Below, piece by piece: positions 16,956-25,837 of a stretch of DNA of 33,324 bases (the first letter of the stretch is position 1; every line of letters begins with the position of its first letter). A program made the position numbers and the translations under genes. Source of the DNA: a virus (taxonomy: Duplodnaviria; Caudoviricetes); the IMG/VR virus record IMGVR_UViG_3300017754_002371, positions 1-33,324 of that record, one strand, 5' to 3'. The notes beneath the pieces were generated by a model, which worked only from the letters and a program-made list of their open reading frames with translations, did no database searches and was not told where the DNA came from.

Positions 16956-17050
16956 GTTGTTTCGATTCCACATTATAGAAACATAACCTTATTGGCCTGT
17001 ATAACCGAGCGTAGAAGTGGAATCCTGCGCAAAGTTTTACAGGCTTTTTT
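16956..17050 (+). ncRNA. Structured RNA with two hairpins whose loops are complementary, ending in an intrinsic terminator
   Basis: TGTTTC/GAAACA stem with loop GATTCCAC; GCGTAG/CTGCGC stem with loop GTGGAATC inside GCCTGTA/TACAGGC stem followed by T6. Confidence 0.65.
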
Positions 17051-17063
17051 AATTCTTATAAGT

Positions 17064-17213
17064 ATGAAAATATTTTTAGTAAAATCACCAAGCGGAAAAA
17101 TCCTTCCAATGTATGCCGAAACAATTTATCATGCAATCCAAAAAGCAATGGTTGTGGATGGGTTTAGCTACAATCAAACCGAGTATAATAAACTTAATCC
17201 TGCGAAAAAATGA
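17064..17213 (+). CDS. Small hypothetical protein (49 aa, MKIFLVKSPSG...)
   Basis: ATG downstream of the terminator; ATGA overlap with the next gene. Confidence 0.6.
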   Translation: MKIFLVKSPSGKILPMYAETIYHAIQKAMVVDGFSYNQTEYNKLNPAKK

Positions 17214-17773
17214 AAACAGAAAAAGAATTGGTTGATCAAATGGTAGTCCATTTTAAAAAGTATTTTGAAGTGCAAAGAGAAGTAGTAAGCAAGTGTAAAA
17301 AAAACCGAATTGATTTGCTTTTGTCTATTGATGGTAAATATCATTTTGGTATTGAGTGCAAAAGGCCCGACAAAAAAAGAGGCGAGGAAATCGGTGAATA
17401 TGTTTTGCAAGCCAATAGATACACAAAAGCAGAATGGGAATATAGACCAGGCGAATTTGTAAAAGCACTTATATTTATTTACCCTGCATTATCTTATAAC
17501 TATTTTATACTTAATGAAGAATCTATATTTATTGATGGTATCGAATATCATAAGGATAGACATCATAAATTGCATGATCATAATACTGTTAATTCATTTA
17601 TTTGTAAAATTGCGGATATTGGTGAAGTAAGAAAGAAATCATTAGGTTATCAGTTTTCTTTTATGAACAAACCAATATTTGAACATATAATTTACCCCCA
17701 CAACGGTAAAGATTATTCAAAGGTGCATGAAGTTAATTATAATTTTTATATGAATAAACTATGCAACCAATAA
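17210..17773 (+). CDS. PD-(D/E)XK restriction-endonuclease-like protein
   Basis: EV...RIDLLL...GIECK...QANRY motif order. Confidence 0.65.
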   Translation: MKTEKELVDQMVVHFKKYFEVQREVVSKCKKNRIDLLLSIDGKYHFGIECKRPDKKRGEEIGEYVLQANRYTKAEWEYRPGEFVKALIFIYPALSYNYFILNEESIFIDGIEYHKDRHHKLHDHNTVNSFICKIADIGEVRKKSLGYQFSFMNKPIFEHIIYPHNGKDYSKVHEVNYNFYMNKLCNQ

Positions 17774-18642
17774 CATTCAACTACTACGAAGCCGACATCA
17801 AACGTAGCACTCCATTAGGTAGTGTTACGCTTGAATATCTTATTAACGCTATTAGAACACCTAAAAAAGACATCCGCAATGTATTTGAGGAGATAAGGAT
17901 TGCGGAGGAAAATAAAGACATGGCAACAAAGCAAGCATTGAAGTCAAAATTATACTCATTTACTCCATGTGTGTATGTTAACGGCCCGCGCAAGTATTCT
18001 AATATTCAGCATTGGACTGGCTTGCTTGTTTTGGATTTCGACCATTTAGCAAGTGATGTTGCAGTTGAATTCAAAGAGTATTTATTTAACGAATACAAAT
18101 ACATCATAACCGCGTGGCTATCCGCTTCGAGGCATGGTGTTCGCGCACTGGTTAAGATACCGATTTGCACTTCAGTAGATGAATTTAAACAATACTATGC
18201 AGGAATTGAGCGACACCTCAACTGTTATAATGGTTTCGATACCGCGCCAAAGAACTGCATTCTACCGATGTTTATAAGTTACGATGCCGAAATCCTGCAC
18301 CGAAACGATGCGCAAACTTGGTCAACAAAACATATTGAAATTGTAAGGCCTGCAGTTAAGCAGTATATTGTTGATGATAAAACATCAACAATTGAACGTA
18401 TTATTGCAAAAAAAATAAACGTAATTGTTGATAATGGTCATCCACAATTGAGGGCCGCAGCTTACTTAATGGGTGGTTATGTTGGTGCTGGTTATATTGA
18501 TCAACAACATGCCATTTGTGTAATGGAGCAAATGATTGATGGCAACGGTTATTTATCACAAAAGGCATCAATTTACAAGCAAACAAGCAAAGAAATGATT
18601 AACAAAGGAACTACACAACCAACTTATTTAAACAAAGCATGA
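17761..18642 (+). CDS. Primase-like protein, BT4734/VirE N-terminal (AEP-related) family
   Basis: LKSKLYSFTP, TGLLVLDFDH, SASRHGVRALV, FD...KN and ISYD motifs. Confidence 0.75.
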   Translation: MQPITFNYYEADIKRSTPLGSVTLEYLINAIRTPKKDIRNVFEEIRIAEENKDMATKQALKSKLYSFTPCVYVNGPRKYSNIQHWTGLLVLDFDHLASDVAVEFKEYLFNEYKYIITAWLSASRHGVRALVKIPICTSVDEFKQYYAGIERHLNCYNGFDTAPKNCILPMFISYDAEILHRNDAQTWSTKHIEIVRPAVKQYIVDDKTSTIERIIAKKINVIVDNGHPQLRAAAYLMGGYVGAGYIDQQHAICVMEQMIDGNGYLSQKASIYKQTSKEMINKGTTQPTYLNKA

Positions 18643-20198
18643 GCGACAAATTTAAAAAACCCGAAAAGAATTCAATCTACAACCCAGTAGATTGGTTTAA
18701 TGAGTTTGGCACGTTTCAGCAAATATTTGAGGGCGATAAAAAATGTATTTCATTTTCAGATACGGAGGCAACTTATCCAGTTTCAGATGCAACTGATTTA
18801 TCTAAAAGTCCTAATTTTATATTAAATAAAAACGGTAAAATAGACATCAAAAAGTCAAACCCATTTGATTTAGCAACAGGGCAAAGCTTCAGTAAATTTA
18901 TATTGTTGACAACGGTTAAATTTAAAGGCGATTACTTTCAAGCTATGAGTCACGTTTCTTATAATATAATGCAAAACGAAATACCTTACATTCGCGTTGG
19001 CTCCGATTATTTTAAAGTAATTAAAAAAGATGACCGCTATTCAGGAACTAATGTAATTTTAAAATCTTGGAAAAAAGATGAAATAAAAGAAGATCATACT
19101 AAAAATATACTTTGCAAAATTTATAAGTTTGATGACTTCACAATTATTCCTAATAATGTGACTTTTATTCCATCAAAAAACAATTGTTATAATTTGTATG
19201 CCAAATTCCCACATACAAAATATAGTGATACTGTTTACACTAATGACATTAGTGTTACACTTGGTTTGTTAAGTCACATCTTTGGCGAGCAATTAGAGTT
19301 AGGTTTAAAGTACATGAAGTTACTTTATGAGCATCCTTGTCAAATATTGCCAGTACTTTCGTTAGTTTCAACTGAAAGGGAAACAGGCAAAACAACTTTT
19401 TTAAATTATATTCAGATGCTATTTGGCGAGAATTCAACACTTATCAATCCAAGTGATTTAATGAGTAGCTTTAACGATGCGTATGCCACAAAGAATATAA
19501 TTATGATTGATGAAACCGTAATTGAAAAGCAACACGTTGTTGAAAAACTTAAATCCTTAGCAACTGCAAAAACTATTTCAGTATCACAAAAGTTTGTGCA
19601 ACATTACAGCGTGCCATTCTTTGGTAAAATTATTGTTTGCACAAATAAGGAAACCGATTTTATGAGAATAGATGACGAAGAGATACGTTTTTGGATTAGG
19701 AAAATTAACCCTATTGTTGGCAAAAAGAACACCAATATTGAAAATGATTTATTTAATGAGATTCCTAAATTCCTTAAATATTTAGAACAACTGCCTGATA
19801 TTGACTTTTCAAATTCTCGCATGGTATTCACTCAGGAGGAAATACAAACCGAATCGCTGGAGCTTATTAAAAAAGAAAGCAAAAACGGATTACGAAAGGA
19901 ACTTGAAATATACATTGAAGACTTTTTTAACAATAATAATTGTGATACATTTGAAGCAACAGCAAAAGATATAAAAGAGGAATGGTTTGAACATGATAGG
20001 GAAAAGATGTCTTACATTCTTAAAGTGCTTAAAAACGAAATGAAAATGTCACCACAACCGAATAAGTATTATGTGCCATTTAATAAGACTAATATGTTGG
20101 ATAAAAAGAAAGGCACTCCATTCTTATTTGTAAGGGAAAATAACCAATCAGTTGAAAATGAATCTTATAGCGATTATGAAAATAGACAACCATTTTAA
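18639..20198 (+). CDS. Primase-associated helicase/NTPase (DUF5906/D5-like)
   Basis: YIRVG, Walker A-like STERETGKTT, Walker B IMIDE, CTN and RFW motifs. Confidence 0.8.
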   Translation: MSDKFKKPEKNSIYNPVDWFNEFGTFQQIFEGDKKCISFSDTEATYPVSDATDLSKSPNFILNKNGKIDIKKSNPFDLATGQSFSKFILLTTVKFKGDYFQAMSHVSYNIMQNEIPYIRVGSDYFKVIKKDDRYSGTNVILKSWKKDEIKEDHTKNILCKIYKFDDFTIIPNNVTFIPSKNNCYNLYAKFPHTKYSDTVYTNDISVTLGLLSHIFGEQLELGLKYMKLLYEHPCQILPVLSLVSTERETGKTTFLNYIQMLFGENSTLINPSDLMSSFNDAYATKNIIMIDETVIEKQHVVEKLKSLATAKTISVSQKFVQHYSVPFFGKIIVCTNKETDFMRIDDEEIRFWIRKINPIVGKKNTNIENDLFNEIPKFLKYLEQLPDIDFSNSRMVFTQEEIQTESLELIKKESKNGLRKELEIYIEDFFNNNNCDTFEATAKDIKEEWFEHDREKMSYILKVLKNEMKMSPQPNKYYVPFNKTNMLDKKKGTPFLFVRENNQSVENESYSDYENRQPF

Positions 20199-20203
20199 CA
20201 GTA

Positions 20204-20454
20204 AAGTCTTTTCTAAAAGTCTTTTCTATATTAAACTATTGATTACTAATTATTTAGAAAAAAATAGAAATAGAAAAGGCATTTGGCAAACTACTACAAA
20301 AAATTTTATCAATAATAATAATAGGAATAGTTTTAGCCATTTACCTCTCTCTTTTTTCTATTTTTATATAAAATATAGTAGTAGTAAGGGTTATAGCTTA
20401 GAAAAGACTTAGAAAAGTTATTAGAAAAGACTTAGAAAAAAATTGAGTTTTCTA
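20204..20454. repeat. Inverted arrays of TTAGAAAAG(ACTT) repeats; candidate replication origin
   Basis: AAGTCTTTTCTA x2 (20204-20228) versus TTAGAAAAGACTT x2 plus partial copies (20398-20440), around an AT-rich spacer. Confidence 0.7.
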
Positions 20455-20477
20455 TAAATCAATAAATCAAAATCAAA

Positions 20478-21005
20478 ATGAAAATTTACACAATCCCCGA
20501 ATTCGAACTATATTACCACGAATGGAAACGCACGCAAATGCAACCGAGATTCCATGACACCTTACCGATTGAACGATTTAACCTCAACAAAAAGAAAGTC
20601 GTTAAGAAGCGAAAGGCGGAACTCACGACAAACCATTTAGACTTGCCAGTGAACAATGTAATCCAGCCAAAAGAAACCAAAGATGCATTTAACACAAATA
20701 AGTTTACTGATTTGATCATTGCCTACCTTAAAGCAGTGCATAGCTGCAATAGTGCAAGGCGAATTAGCAGTGAGGGCCGATATCGAAAGGGCATAGGTTA
20801 CATTGCTGGGCTTAACAAAGGCATGGAGGACATACAGTGCATATTGAAAGGCCGATTGTTCGCTATCGAAGTCAAGTCACCAACGGATAAGATTAGCCCC
20901 GAACAACTAAAACGAAAGGCAGCAATTGAAGCCGATGGAGGTTATTACATTATTGCTACATCGTTTGAGCAGATGCAAACGGAATTGATTAACTTATTAA
21001 AATAA
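20478..21005 (+). CDS. VRR-NUC-like nuclease / Holliday-junction resolvase
   Basis: GMEDI...FAIEVK...SPEQ...IEADGGYYII. Confidence 0.8.
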   Translation: MKIYTIPEFELYYHEWKRTQMQPRFHDTLPIERFNLNKKKVVKKRKAELTTNHLDLPVNNVIQPKETKDAFNTNKFTDLIIAYLKAVHSCNSARRISSEGRYRKGIGYIAGLNKGMEDIQCILKGRLFAIEVKSPTDKISPEQLKRKAAIEADGGYYIIATSFEQMQTELINLLK

Positions 21006-21009
21006 TACT

Positions 21010-21017
21010 TATCTTTG
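21010..21017 (+). promoter_or_regulatory. -7 promoter element immediately before terS
   Basis: TATCTTTG in the short intergenic gap, 4 nt before ATG; TTG 22 nt upstream. Confidence 0.5.
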
Positions 21018-21021
21018 TGCT

Positions 21022-21378
21022 ATGAAAGCCGATGACAAAACGACCAAAAAACGACCTCAAAAACTGTTTAAAGGCGATGAGGGTGTTAAGTTTAGCAAAG
21101 AGAATCAACCACCACCCGAAGCTAAGAGCAAAGGATGGGAGGCAAGGCGCGCGGAAAGGTTACTGACTCAAAAGATTATCGAAAAGTTAACGGGCTCCAA
21201 CAATCTGGAGGAGTATGTCGATAGTTTATTTAACAACGCTAAGATGGGCAATGCTAAGGCCATTGACACATTGAATAACGGAATTGAGGAGCAAATAACT
21301 AAAACCGAAACGACCATCACCGACACGCGACCACCCTCAACGGTCACGATGCCTGATGGCACTAAGATTGAAATTTAA
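21022..21378 (+). CDS. terS: Terminase small subunit
   Basis: Directly upstream of TerL; GVKFSKENQP and AKMGNAKAI motifs. Confidence 0.7.
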   Translation: MKADDKTTKKRPQKLFKGDEGVKFSKENQPPPEAKSKGWEARRAERLLTQKIIEKLTGSNNLEEYVDSLFNNAKMGNAKAIDTLNNGIEEQITKTETTITDTRPPSTVTMPDGTKIEI

Positions 21379-22688
21379 TGAATGTCGATTTACAAGCCAA
21401 CCCAAAGCAGTATGATTTTTACATACAAGCGATGGCAGCGGCACAAGGCGCGACAGAGAAGCGCAATCTACTTTATGGCGGCGCTATTCGTGGTGGAAAG
21501 TCATTTATTTGTGCCACGATCTGTTTGCGTTTGGCATCTATGTATCCAAACAGCAAGTGGCATGTAATTAGGTCAGACTTTCCGAAGTTAGTAAAGACAA
21601 TCATACCCACATTTGAAAAGATTATCGATGGCTCACCTCACTTTAGATGGTCACGCGATAAGTCAAACTACTTCTTAGAGAATACCAAAACAAAATCAAA
21701 GATATTTTTTATGGCTGAAAACATAAGCCATGACCCCGAACTAAACGCATTCTTAGGACTTGAAACGAATGGAGTTTACTTTGAGCAAATCGAGGAACTG
21801 AGCAAGAAGTTATGGAACATCGGCAGCTCGCGTGTTGGTAGTTGGTACATTGATAAGATGCCAACACCTTTAATATTAGCAACGTTTAACCCGACTCAAA
21901 CGTGGATTAAAGATGAAATACACATACCTTACTTAAAAGGCGAGTTAGGCCCAGAGTTTTACTATCAACTTGCTTTACCCGATGACAATGCATTCGTAAC
22001 CGAGGAGCAACGTAAGGTTTGGTCACGTATGGATGAGCGTTATAAGAGGCAGTTTATTGGCGGCGATTGGACTAACTTCGATATGGATGGCAACCGTTGG
22101 GCCTATGCTTACGATTCGACTAAACACTTAAAGCCCGTTGAATTAAACAAACAACTGCCCATCATACTTTCGTTTGACTTTAACCGTAATCCAATATGTT
22201 GCTCAGTGTTGCAAGTTATGCCGCCATCAACTATACGCGTTAAGGAAACGATTAAGTTAGCTAATAGCGACATCTACCAACTTTGCGATGTTATTAAGTC
22301 TAAGTATGGCAATGCACTATACCAAGTAACTGGCGATGCTTCAGGCAAGTCATCGAGTGCATTGGTGCAAGATAACCTAAACTATTATGTTGTGATAAGG
22401 CAGAAGTTTAACCTTAGCAACAATCAAATGTTAGTGCCAAGCGTTAACCCATCGTTAGAAGAAAACCGAATGTTAGTTAACTCATTACTTGCGCGTGGCA
22501 ATGTCGAACTTGACCCTCAGTTTACTAAGGGCTTGCAATTCGATTTAGAAAACGTGGCGGTGTTGCCCGATGGGACAATAAAGAAAACAGACCGAAACGA
22601 TCCAACACAACAAGCCGATGCATTAGACACATTTCGTTATGCATGTAACACTTATCTAAAAAATTTCATATATTTGTCAAATGTTTAG
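21378..22688 (+). CDS. terL: Terminase large subunit
   Basis: Walker A GGAIRGGKS, TFNP coupling motif, nuclease SFDFN, GDASG and DALDTFRY. Confidence 0.92.
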   Translation: MNVDLQANPKQYDFYIQAMAAAQGATEKRNLLYGGAIRGGKSFICATICLRLASMYPNSKWHVIRSDFPKLVKTIIPTFEKIIDGSPHFRWSRDKSNYFLENTKTKSKIFFMAENISHDPELNAFLGLETNGVYFEQIEELSKKLWNIGSSRVGSWYIDKMPTPLILATFNPTQTWIKDEIHIPYLKGELGPEFYYQLALPDDNAFVTEEQRKVWSRMDERYKRQFIGGDWTNFDMDGNRWAYAYDSTKHLKPVELNKQLPIILSFDFNRNPICCSVLQVMPPSTIRVKETIKLANSDIYQLCDVIKSKYGNALYQVTGDASGKSSSALVQDNLNYYVVIRQKFNLSNNQMLVPSVNPSLEENRMLVNSLLARGNVELDPQFTKGLQFDLENVAVLPDGTIKKTDRNDPTQQADALDTFRYACNTYLKNFIYLSNV

Positions 22689-23289
22689 CGTAATCATTCC
22701 AACTATGTGGAGAAGTCCACGCATCACAAAGCTTGTTGAAGAACTATGTGCATGCGAATTTGTCGGTGAAGTAATCATTATTGACAACAACACAACTGAA
22801 TATAGACCGTTGCCGCTTAACGCTAAGTATGACATACACTTAATGGCTGAAAACATCTACGTAAACCCAGCATGGAATTACGGAGTTGAGCGTGCTAAGT
22901 ATGATAACATCTTAATTTGCAACGATGACATAAACTTCAATCCTGCATTCTTATCAATATTCGATGACAGTTTGCAGCACGTTGGCATTATCGGTATGGC
23001 ATTTGAAAACTACCAACTAAAGAAAGATGCTAACATACATTTGAAATCAATGAAGCAACGCCCATACGGATGGGGATGTATGATGTTAATGCATAAATCT
23101 AAATACGTTGCTATACCGGAAGACCTATTGATTGCAAATGGCGATGATTGGTTAGCGCAAAATTCAACGCCTTATGAGTTGCATGGGTTAAGTATTCAAT
23201 CCGAGATTAGCACAACTTCACAACTGCCTGAATTTGGAATGATTCAGTTGAATGATAACGAAATTTATAAGACAAAATATGCTAAGTAA
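22681..23289 (+). CDS. Glycosyltransferase family 2
   Basis: SVIIPT, IIIDN, NPAWNYG, ICNDD and GDDW GT-A motifs. Confidence 0.85.
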   Translation: MFSVIIPTMWRSPRITKLVEELCACEFVGEVIIIDNNTTEYRPLPLNAKYDIHLMAENIYVNPAWNYGVERAKYDNILICNDDINFNPAFLSIFDDSLQHVGIIGMAFENYQLKKDANIHLKSMKQRPYGWGCMMLMHKSKYVAIPEDLLIANGDDWLAQNSTPYELHGLSIQSEISTTSQLPEFGMIQLNDNEIYKTKYAK

Positions 23290-23836
23290 CGTAAATAAGT
23301 GGGACAATTGGTATAAAGACTTAGGAACAACACCGAGTGCATATAAGTATTCCGAAACGGAAACATACAAGATAGCTGCCGATTTTTTAAGAGGCTTAGA
23401 TGTGGTTGAAGATTGGGGAGTAGGATCTGGTGGTTTTTTAAATCATTTACCAAATGCAATTGGTGTTGATGGCAGCGATACTCCGTTTGCAGATAAGAAA
23501 TTTATTGATTTATGTAATTATACGACATTGGCAAACGGAATACATCTAAGGCATGTATTAGAACATAATTATAATTGGCAAAAAATATTTATCAACGCTT
23601 TATCCTCAGCAGTTAACAAGGTGGTAGTAACTTTGTTTATTCCATTAAGTGATAGTGAAACAAAAGAGTTGGCTCATAATTTAAAACATGGAGTTGATGT
23701 GCCTGATTTATCAATTTCAAAAAAAGAATTTAATGAAATATTAGAATCATTCTCGCCTAAACTTGTTGAAGTTCAAACGCTAAAAACACCAACTGGTTAT
23801 GGGGTTGAAATTATTTACAAAATAACAAAGAAATGA
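23279..23836 (+). CDS. Class I SAM-dependent methyltransferase-like protein
   Basis: VEDWGVGSG, GVDGS and RHVLEH; likely start MLSNVNKW. Confidence 0.7.
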   Translation: MLSNVNKWDNWYKDLGTTPSAYKYSETETYKIAADFLRGLDVVEDWGVGSGGFLNHLPNAIGVDGSDTPFADKKFIDLCNYTTLANGIHLRHVLEHNYNWQKIFINALSSAVNKVVVTLFIPLSDSETKELAHNLKHGVDVPDLSISKKEFNEILESFSPKLVEVQTLKTPTGYGVEIIYKITKK

Positions 23837-24486
23837 AAATAAGACTTGTATCATGCAACTTTGTAGATAATCAAAGTCTTATTATTAACAATCAAGAAGA
23901 GATTAATAGCTTAAGTGTTGATATTAAAATATACAATGACTCAAACACACCATCAAGGTTATTGAGCATGCATCCAAGGTTAAAGGGTAAAATACCTAAA
24001 ATGTTAGAATGGATTTCGGCACCTGGTTATGATTATTACATTTGGGTTGACTCAAAATTTACTTTAAATAACGGTATAATTCAAACCCTTATTAATCAAT
24101 TAGGCGATGCTGAGATAGGTTTGTTTAATCATTCACATAGAGATAGCATACAAACTGAATTGGAGTTTGTAAACACTTTAATTAACGAGGGTAACCATTA
24201 TTTAAATAGCAGATACGTTGGCGAACACATGGATAAACAAGTGGAGGATTATTTAAGCGATAATACATTTGTAGATGATAAGTTATTTGCTGCGGGTTGT
24301 TTTATTTATTCAAGCAAGTTGGTTAAAAATACTGAATATAATTTATTAAAAGAATGGTTTTTTCACAATAACATTTATTCAGTTCAAGACCAATTAAGTT
24401 TACCATATTTATTACATAAGTTTAAAACAAAATATATTACCTTTGACTTTGATTTATTGAATACAGAATTAATGAATTATAATTAA
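23833..24486 (+). CDS. DUF616-like glycosyltransferase
   Basis: KIPKM, YIWVDS, HSHRDSIQTE and QDQLSLPY motifs. Confidence 0.7.
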   Translation: MKIRLVSCNFVDNQSLIINNQEEINSLSVDIKIYNDSNTPSRLLSMHPRLKGKIPKMLEWISAPGYDYYIWVDSKFTLNNGIIQTLINQLGDAEIGLFNHSHRDSIQTELEFVNTLINEGNHYLNSRYVGEHMDKQVEDYLSDNTFVDDKLFAAGCFIYSSKLVKNTEYNLLKEWFFHNNIYSVQDQLSLPYLLHKFKTKYITFDFDLLNTELMNYN

Positions 24487-24490
24487 AACC

Positions 24491-24850
24491 ATGCCAATAC
24501 TTAACTGCCTAACAAGCTACACTCAAGACATTAGCGGCTGCGCTGAAACATTAGAATTCAGTTCGCCTACATTTACAAACGATACTGATTACGTTATTAA
24601 GTTTACCTATTCAAATGGATGGGTGCTTAAAAAAGATGTAACAAGCGGCCTATACGATGCAGTCATTGAAATGAACAATAACGGATTCTGGAACATCGGC
24701 ACTGGCATCGTAAAGGTTGAGATTCTAAATGGCTGCGATGTCACAAATTTTGACATTTGTGGGACAGTTTATTCATCGATTACACTTAACTTCATAAACA
24801 TAACTGAAGATGATACTATTGCCATTATCCCTTGTCCTTGTCCTGAATAG
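24491..24850 (+). CDS. Cys-rich hypothetical protein, probably virion-associated
   Basis: Acidic, beta-rich; ends PCPCPE. Confidence 0.55.
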   Translation: MPILNCLTSYTQDISGCAETLEFSSPTFTNDTDYVIKFTYSNGWVLKKDVTSGLYDAVIEMNNNGFWNIGTGIVKVEILNGCDVTNFDICGTVYSSITLNFINITEDDTIAIIPCPCPE

Positions 24851-25100
24851 CCTCGGTTGTTTAGGTGTTCATTGCCTAACGCGTGAGGGTATGTTATTCG
24901 AGCAAGCAGCAAACTATATTCGACATTATGTTGGTCACTATTGGAGCAAACCATTGTTTGATTGCCCGCCATGTATGGCATCTGTTTGGGGTTTGATAGG
25001 TTGGTTATATTTTGTAACCGACTTGCACTTGCTACCTTACTTACTTATCCTATGTGGCCTAAACGCGTTAACATCTAAAATGTATTATCATGGAGATTGA
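24810..25100 (+). CDS. DUF1360-like membrane protein
   Basis: Hydrophobic segments around KPLFDCPPCMASVWG. Confidence 0.55.
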   Translation: MILLPLSLVLVLNSLGCLGVHCLTREGMLFEQAANYIRHYVGHYWSKPLFDCPPCMASVWGLIGWLYFVTDLHLLPYLLILCGLNALTSKMYYHGD

Positions 25101-25290
25101 AGATGCACATAAGTTTTTGCTATCTCTCGGCTACACTTACACCGGTCAAACATGCGGGTGTGGAGGCAGTGCAAAAAAGCGCACGTATAATAAAGTAGAT
25201 AATAAAGTAATAATTAATCTAAGAACTAAACACTATATTCATAATAATGAACTTCCGAAACCTATTCAAGAACTTACCACCAACTTATAA
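25090..25290 (+). CDS. Small hypothetical protein with CGCGG motif
   Basis: Overlaps both neighbours. Confidence 0.55.
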   Translation: MEIEDAHKFLLSLGYTYTGQTCGCGGSAKKRTYNKVDNKVIINLRTKHYIHNNELPKPIQELTTNL

Positions 25291-25837
25291 ATCTGAATTC
25301 CCACTTGAATTCGCGTTTAAGTGTGGAGGCGTTGACTATTTTGAGTTTGTCGATAAAAACAACTTACCTTACGAGCGTGGGTTGGAAGCGTTGACATTCT
25401 ACCAAGAAATGCAAAACGGAGTCACAAACGATTACATTAAGAATTACAACGCAGCTATGAGCAAGTTGTTAAGTGATCCAAAGAAAATAAACCTCAACGA
25501 AATAATCAAACTGCAAATGCGATTCGAGGAGCGTTGTAACTTCATTATAAGCAAGGATATAATTTACAAGGTTGCTTCGGTTGCGTTTGTGGATAAAAGT
25601 GAGCCATTGACACGTTATGACTTTAAGGCCAACGAAAAAAAGATTAAGAACTGGAAAGAAAACGCGGGCGATAGTTTTTTTTTGTCAATGCCAATAAAGA
25701 AATTAGTTCCGTTTTTAGCGAAGTCAGGCGACACTTCCCTGACGTATTTGGCGATAGTGGAAAAAGTCGAGCAGATTCAACGGGATATAGTTTCGTTACA
25801 GACATTAGGGATGGAATTGCAAGCCGAGAAAGATTAA
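25247..25837 (+). CDS. Tail assembly chaperone (gpG-like)
   Basis: Upstream of tape measure; contains a T9 slippery run. Confidence 0.7.
   Translation: MNFRNLFKNLPPTYKSEFPLEFAFKCGGVDYFEFVDKNNLPYERGLEALTFYQEMQNGVTNDYIKNYNAAMSKLLSDPKKINLNEIIKLQMRFEERCNFIISKDIIYKVASVAFVDKSEPLTRYDFKANEKKIKNWKENAGDSFFLSMPIKKLVPFLAKSGDTSLTYLAIVEKVEQIQRDIVSLQTLGMELQAEKD

Noticed and set aside
16992-17063. N-terminal extension of ORF 16992-17213
   Set aside because: The TTG start lies within the hairpin/terminator; ATG 17064 is more plausible.
20152-20412. 86-aa ORF after the helicase
   Set aside because: Runs through the AT-rich repeat array with low-complexity translation; more likely a non-coding origin.
20204-20454. 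Repeats as a mini-CRISPR array
   Set aside because: Units are only 9-13 nt, in both orientations, without regular unique spacers.
24438-24445. TACCTTTG as a promoter for the tail block
   Set aside because: Lies inside a CDS without a correctly spaced TTG; could be chance.
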